Shown: positions 38,631 to 41,977 of the stretch, one piece after another
Layout: each line of letters opens with the position of its first letter
How positions within the stretch are numbered: position 1 is the stretch's first letter
Sequence record: DRR723986_6626
Length of the DNA stretch: 41,977 bases
Strand: one strand, 5' to 3'
Translations under genes and position numbers: made by a program
The notes under the pieces: generated by a model
Told to the model about the DNA's origin: nothing
What the model saw: the letters and a program-made list of their open reading frames with translations, nothing else
Database searches by the model: none

Positions 38631-40163
38631 TCACTGAACCTGTTCGCGGCTGTGCCATTCGGCATAAATTTGGCTCATAGCATTATTGTTAATCTTGTGT
38701 TCCAGCCAGATGTGTAGTTCCATGATCCCCGCGGGCCCACCTTGTTCCAGGGCGTGCGGATAGACTGCATCCAATTCTTGCCTGATTTCGACGTAGCGTT
38801 CGCGGCGCTGCGAACCTACCGGTGTTTTACCCAGATCACACAGCTTCTTGATCAAACCCGATTCACCGTCCAGCAGCAACTTGGATTTGCGTAGGGCACG
38901 TGTAATACTGCGGTAAAGATTATCCGGCATCTCACTGTCAAACAGCTCAAAATAGATAACCGGCTGCAACAGGAAGGCAAATTTGACGATGTCCTGGCGG
39001 TAGTCGTTGGACTTCTCCTGTAGAATGTGATTCATCCACTCCAGCGTTTTGTCGTAGCGCTCACACATGAAATGCAGGACGGTCAGGTTGTGGTAGATCG
39101 TAATCAGGCGCGCGGAAGTAAAGTAGTCGGCATAACGCTCCATCAGCTCTTCAAAAGCAGGTACAAGCGCCAGGGCTTCATGCAGGCGTGGTACATTCAT
39201 CTGCTGCTGCAGGCGCAGGCTCAGAAGGGTATGATCTTTGACGAAGCCTTCATCGGCGGTACGGGTTTTGATGCATTCCAGTTTGGACAGGATGTCGCTG
39301 AGTTCATCAAATTCTGAGCGGCGGATCAAAATTCCGGCAAAGTTGTGCAGCAGGATGATGAAGGGGCGTGGGTCTTCATTCATCATAAAACTGTTGGCTT
39401 CCCACAGCGTGATGTGTTGACGGTAATGTTCCGAAGCAACTTTTAGGTCTCCGTGGCTGAAGGCTGCCAGCACGCTAATCTGATAAAAGAGGCGTTTGGC
39501 CTCAAAAGTCATGGCCTTGTCGGCTGTTGACATCAGGTCGGACTCCAGCATGTCTTCCAGCTGGCGCACGTTTTCATCGCGATTACTGAAGTCGGCATTG
39601 ACCATTTGAAAGATTTGGTCATAGAGCCGCCGATAGAAATTGAGGTTGGAGAGTTTATCGACTATGGACTGAGCTTCGATATTGATCGCTTGCAGCTCAC
39701 GGGCTGGGGATTCCAGGCGCGAGCGTTGCACAAGTGAGCGCTCGACTTCCAGAATGCGCAGGAGTTCGGGGAGCAATTCATAACTGCGCGCTACTTTGGC
39801 CGCTTTCTCCAGGCGTTTTATACTCTGAGCGTACAGGGATTTTTCCAGGAGGATGCGCGCTTCTTCCTCATAGGCCAGTACCTGGTTGCGCGCACCCTGT
39901 TCAAAACGAGTGAGCCGTAAAACTTTGAGTAGAATCGAGTAGAGGTAACGCTTCTCCGAAGGAAGGTTTTGCACGAGTTTGGTGCCGGCAAACTGCGCGC
40001 GCAACTCGTTCTCATCATATTCTTCCATTTGGCTGATGCTACGGAAGAGTTTGACGTAGTTCGTTGGGCCGTCACGATGTCCGGCGGCGTGTTTACTGAA
40101 TTGGCGTTTTTCATCGCGCCGCATAGAAGAAACAAGTTGGAAGAGGAGGTCCCCGGTACTCAT
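38631..40163 (-). CDS. Conserved-type all-helical hypothetical protein (~510 aa), possible regulator
   Basis: Likely start is MSTGDLLFQLVSSMRRDEKRQF. The LFQLxxS..xEKRxF N-terminus resembles an uncharacterised FCB-group family (recognised from memory, not searched); TPR-like helices follow. Confidence 0.75.
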   Translation of the reverse strand: MSTGDLLFQLVSSMRRDEKRQFSKHAAGHRDGPTNYVKLFRSISQMEEYDENELRAQFAGTKLVQNLPSEKRYLYSILLKVLRLTRFEQGARNQVLAYEEEARILLEKSLYAQSIKRLEKAAKVARSYELLPELLRILEVERSLVQRSRLESPARELQAINIEAQSIVDKLSNLNFYRRLYDQIFQMVNADFSNRDENVRQLEDMLESDLMSTADKAMTFEAKRLFYQISVLAAFSHGDLKVASEHYRQHITLWEANSFMMNEDPRPFIILLHNFAGILIRRSEFDELSDILSKLECIKTRTADEGFVKDHTLLSLRLQQQMNVPRLHEALALVPAFEELMERYADYFTSARLITIYHNLTVLHFMCERYDKTLEWMNHILQEKSNDYRQDIVKFAFLLQPVIYFELFDSEMPDNLYRSITRALRKSKLLLDGESGLIKKLCDLGKTPVGSQRRERYVEIRQELDAVYPHALEQGGPAGIMELHIWLEHKINNNAMSQIYAEWHSREQVQ

Positions 40164-40609
40164 ACATTGGCCTGCGCGTAGAAGAAGAAATAGTAGATGT
40201 GTAGCGTCCGCTACCCAAAGTGAATTTGGCGTTCCCCCGGCCACATATTCACTGTGAGCAAAAATATCATGAGAAAATTCAACGATCAATCGAAAATCTT
40301 CTGCGCATGCAATTTACATTTTCCATATTTTTGTGAATTCCATGCCGGGTTTACCGGTTGAGACCACGCTGCCGTCGCCACACTGCCACGTCGTGCACCG
40401 CTGCCCCTGGGGATCAGATACTGGAACTTCTACATGGTATTTTGCTAAAAACGCCGATATTGGCCCGAAATCATCGATTTTATTTGTGACTGCTTTAACT
40501 GCCACCGTAGCACTTCTGTTATTCTGAAGGTGTGATTCCACCCCTGGAATATCGGATGTCTGCGAATTAAAGCAGGAATTTGCATCTGTTTGTTTTTCCA
40601 TATTTGCGG

Positions 40610-41000
40610 CAATCTTGTGTTGACGCAGGTTGCATCGTCGTGTATCTTCCGGCGTGAAAGTAAGGGCACAAATGGTGGTGCGACTGTAGATGAAGGTGAT
40701 TGCTTGGTGCAAGCGCAAGGAGAAATGGACTTTCAGGCAATACTGAGGTCACCAATGCTGCCGGCCAACAGAAGGACTTTGAATTGCTGCAACCAATACG
40801 TCGTAACCGGAAGCAGAATTCAAGCCATAAAAACTGTAGGCCGTAAAGAGTGTGATTTCCGTTGAAGCCACCGGCATCTGCGTAACAAGTATGTAGAGCC
40901 TAAGCGCAACTCACTGTCGTAATGCGTTTAGGACATTTGCCGGACTGCCGAGCCCCAAACTCTGGGCCAATGAATCGGAGACAACTAACCTTACCTTCAC
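40610..41000 (+). ncRNA. Candidate large structured RNA / 5' leader (unassigned)
   Basis: Several helices with G-U pairs on the plus strand: 40625-40648/40663-40687, 40728-40750, 40762-40843, 40899-40908/40923-40932, 40691-40699/40991-40999. Promoter-like TTTG...CATATTTG at 40579-40606. Confidence 0.45.
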
Positions 41001-41023
41001 TTTTTTTAGGAGATGGCAACGTT

Positions 41024-41551
41024 ATGTCCATCAATTGCAATTCAATGTCAAACGTACTGAACCTATCGGTTGAGAATCATACAATTATTCTGCAAAATAA
41101 ACGCGAACTCCTAATCTCTGACTGCCAGGGCCAGGAAGTCTTTCGTTGTGACTTAAAGTCACATCAAGTCAACATGGAAGTCCGCCAGGCAGGTCCGGAT
41201 ATCTATGAACTTTTTGTTGGCTCCCCACAATTACTGCCAATCGAAGGAGCTACTTTTGTACGTAGTATGAATCTCGACGAACCAGGTTCCAGCGTCGTAT
41301 TCGCAAAGGAATTTAGATTCACAGACATAGAGTATATCGGCACACACGAGTTTCTCTATGAATGTGTTGTGGCAGCTCCACCTCCGCCGTTTAACGGTTT
41401 TATGGAGTACCGCTATCGGTTAAATGAAGTTCGGCTTGGCCTTAAAATGGATGGAAGTCACCTGCAGATGATTGCTCCTTGCAGTTCATCTCCATGTACT
41501 TCCGCCGGCAATCCCGGATTTCGTGAACTGATAGCACTTAAACCTTCGTAA
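41024..41551 (+). CDS. Orphan hypothetical protein, beta-rich (~175 aa)
   Basis: AGGAG at 41008-41012 before ATG 41024 (alternative ATG 41045). No family motif recognised. Confidence 0.65.
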   Translation: MSINCNSMSNVLNLSVENHTIILQNKRELLISDCQGQEVFRCDLKSHQVNMEVRQAGPDIYELFVGSPQLLPIEGATFVRSMNLDEPGSSVVFAKEFRFTDIEYIGTHEFLYECVVAAPPPPFNGFMEYRYRLNEVRLGLKMDGSHLQMIAPCSSSPCTSAGNPGFRELIALKPS

Positions 41552-41616
41552 ATGGTTTGAGACTGTCACTGCGAGAGTGGTTTTTCTTGCCGACCTGAAA
41601 AACCGACTTTCGTATT

Positions 41617-41758
41617 ATGCTGCGGATCGCCCGTCATGAAAGCTGATCAAAGAAAATACTTTTAACTGTATTTGGGTAGATCAGTCGCGTCTTGGTACTA
41701 TGTCCAAGCGGAACGGGCTTCGGTGTTAACGCGCATGACGGGTGCCGCAGTATTTTTT
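41617..41758 (+). ncRNA. Candidate multi-branched small RNA (unassigned)
   Basis: About 20-bp terminal stem (41617-41638 / 41734-41753), internal helices, a cUUCGg tetraloop and a 3' U-tract. Confidence 0.55.
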
Positions 41759-41938
41759 ATGATTGAATATTCTACGCTTGAAATCCTCCACAACTCTGAA
41801 GCACGCAGACCACAACATGCTCAGAGTTGTTTGACTACGTTTTAACTACCTGCTTAGTCTGGCCTTCAGCTGAACCTGCAAAGGTCAGAATGTGAGAAAG
41901 GAAGCGGCAGCCAAGACCATCATTTCCAGGTAGGCCAG

Positions 41939-41977
41939 ACTCAACTGCCAACTCAACTGCCAACTCAACTACCAACT
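41939..41977. repeat. 12-bp tandem repeat (ACTCAACTGCCA)n, truncated by the window end
   Basis: actcaactgcca / actcaactgcca / actcaactacca / act. Confidence 0.8.

Noticed and set aside
40314-40865. Short ORFs in the 40.2-41.0 kb spacer (134, 91, 74, 64, 62 aa)
   Set aside because: They overlap in conflicting frames, lack convincing start context or motifs, and the region is better explained as promoter plus structured RNA.
41870-41912. GGTCAG...AGGAAGCGGCAGCC resembling SRP RNA domain IV
   Set aside because: The TCC-GNRA-GGA helix 8 cannot form and the spacing is wrong.
1-41977. CRISPR array, prophage, transposase or known defence system
   Set aside because: The tandem repeats have no spacers, and no cas, phage, integrase, transposase, RT or nuclease motifs were recognised in any ORF.

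Overview
Chromosomal segment of an FCB-group bacterium (Bacteroidota/Kapabacteria/Ignavibacteria-like, inferred from a T9SS-type C-terminal domain, Bacteroidota-type MetF and M42 proteins, and a TTG-N19-TAnnTTTG promoter). It is rich in signalling and peptide-turnover genes. In order: a large helical/AAA ATPase coupled to a lipoprotein; three tandem paralogous MASE3-like/3xPAS hybrid histidine kinases; two M3 oligopeptidases flanking a TPR-LuxR regulator; an M42 peptidase; a tandem GNAT; rlmG; a DUF4097-like protein; a TPR histidine kinase; a vWA/beta-propeller T9SS cargo protein; metF; a TPR-only protein; a helical hypothetical protein; and an orphan ORF. No transposase, integrase, tRNA, rRNA or CRISPR array was seen. 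The most unusual signals are non-coding. One is a dispersed intergenic repeat family (GACYAACAA..AGCCTGAG-[variable hairpin]-CTCAAAGCGC) with at least 5 copies. The others are extensively base-paired, plus-strand-biased RNA domains, chiefly a ~390-nt structured region before and a ~140-nt multi-branched RNA after the orphan ORF at 41024-41551. All pairings were found by eye; no folding or database search was run, and several start codons are best estimates.
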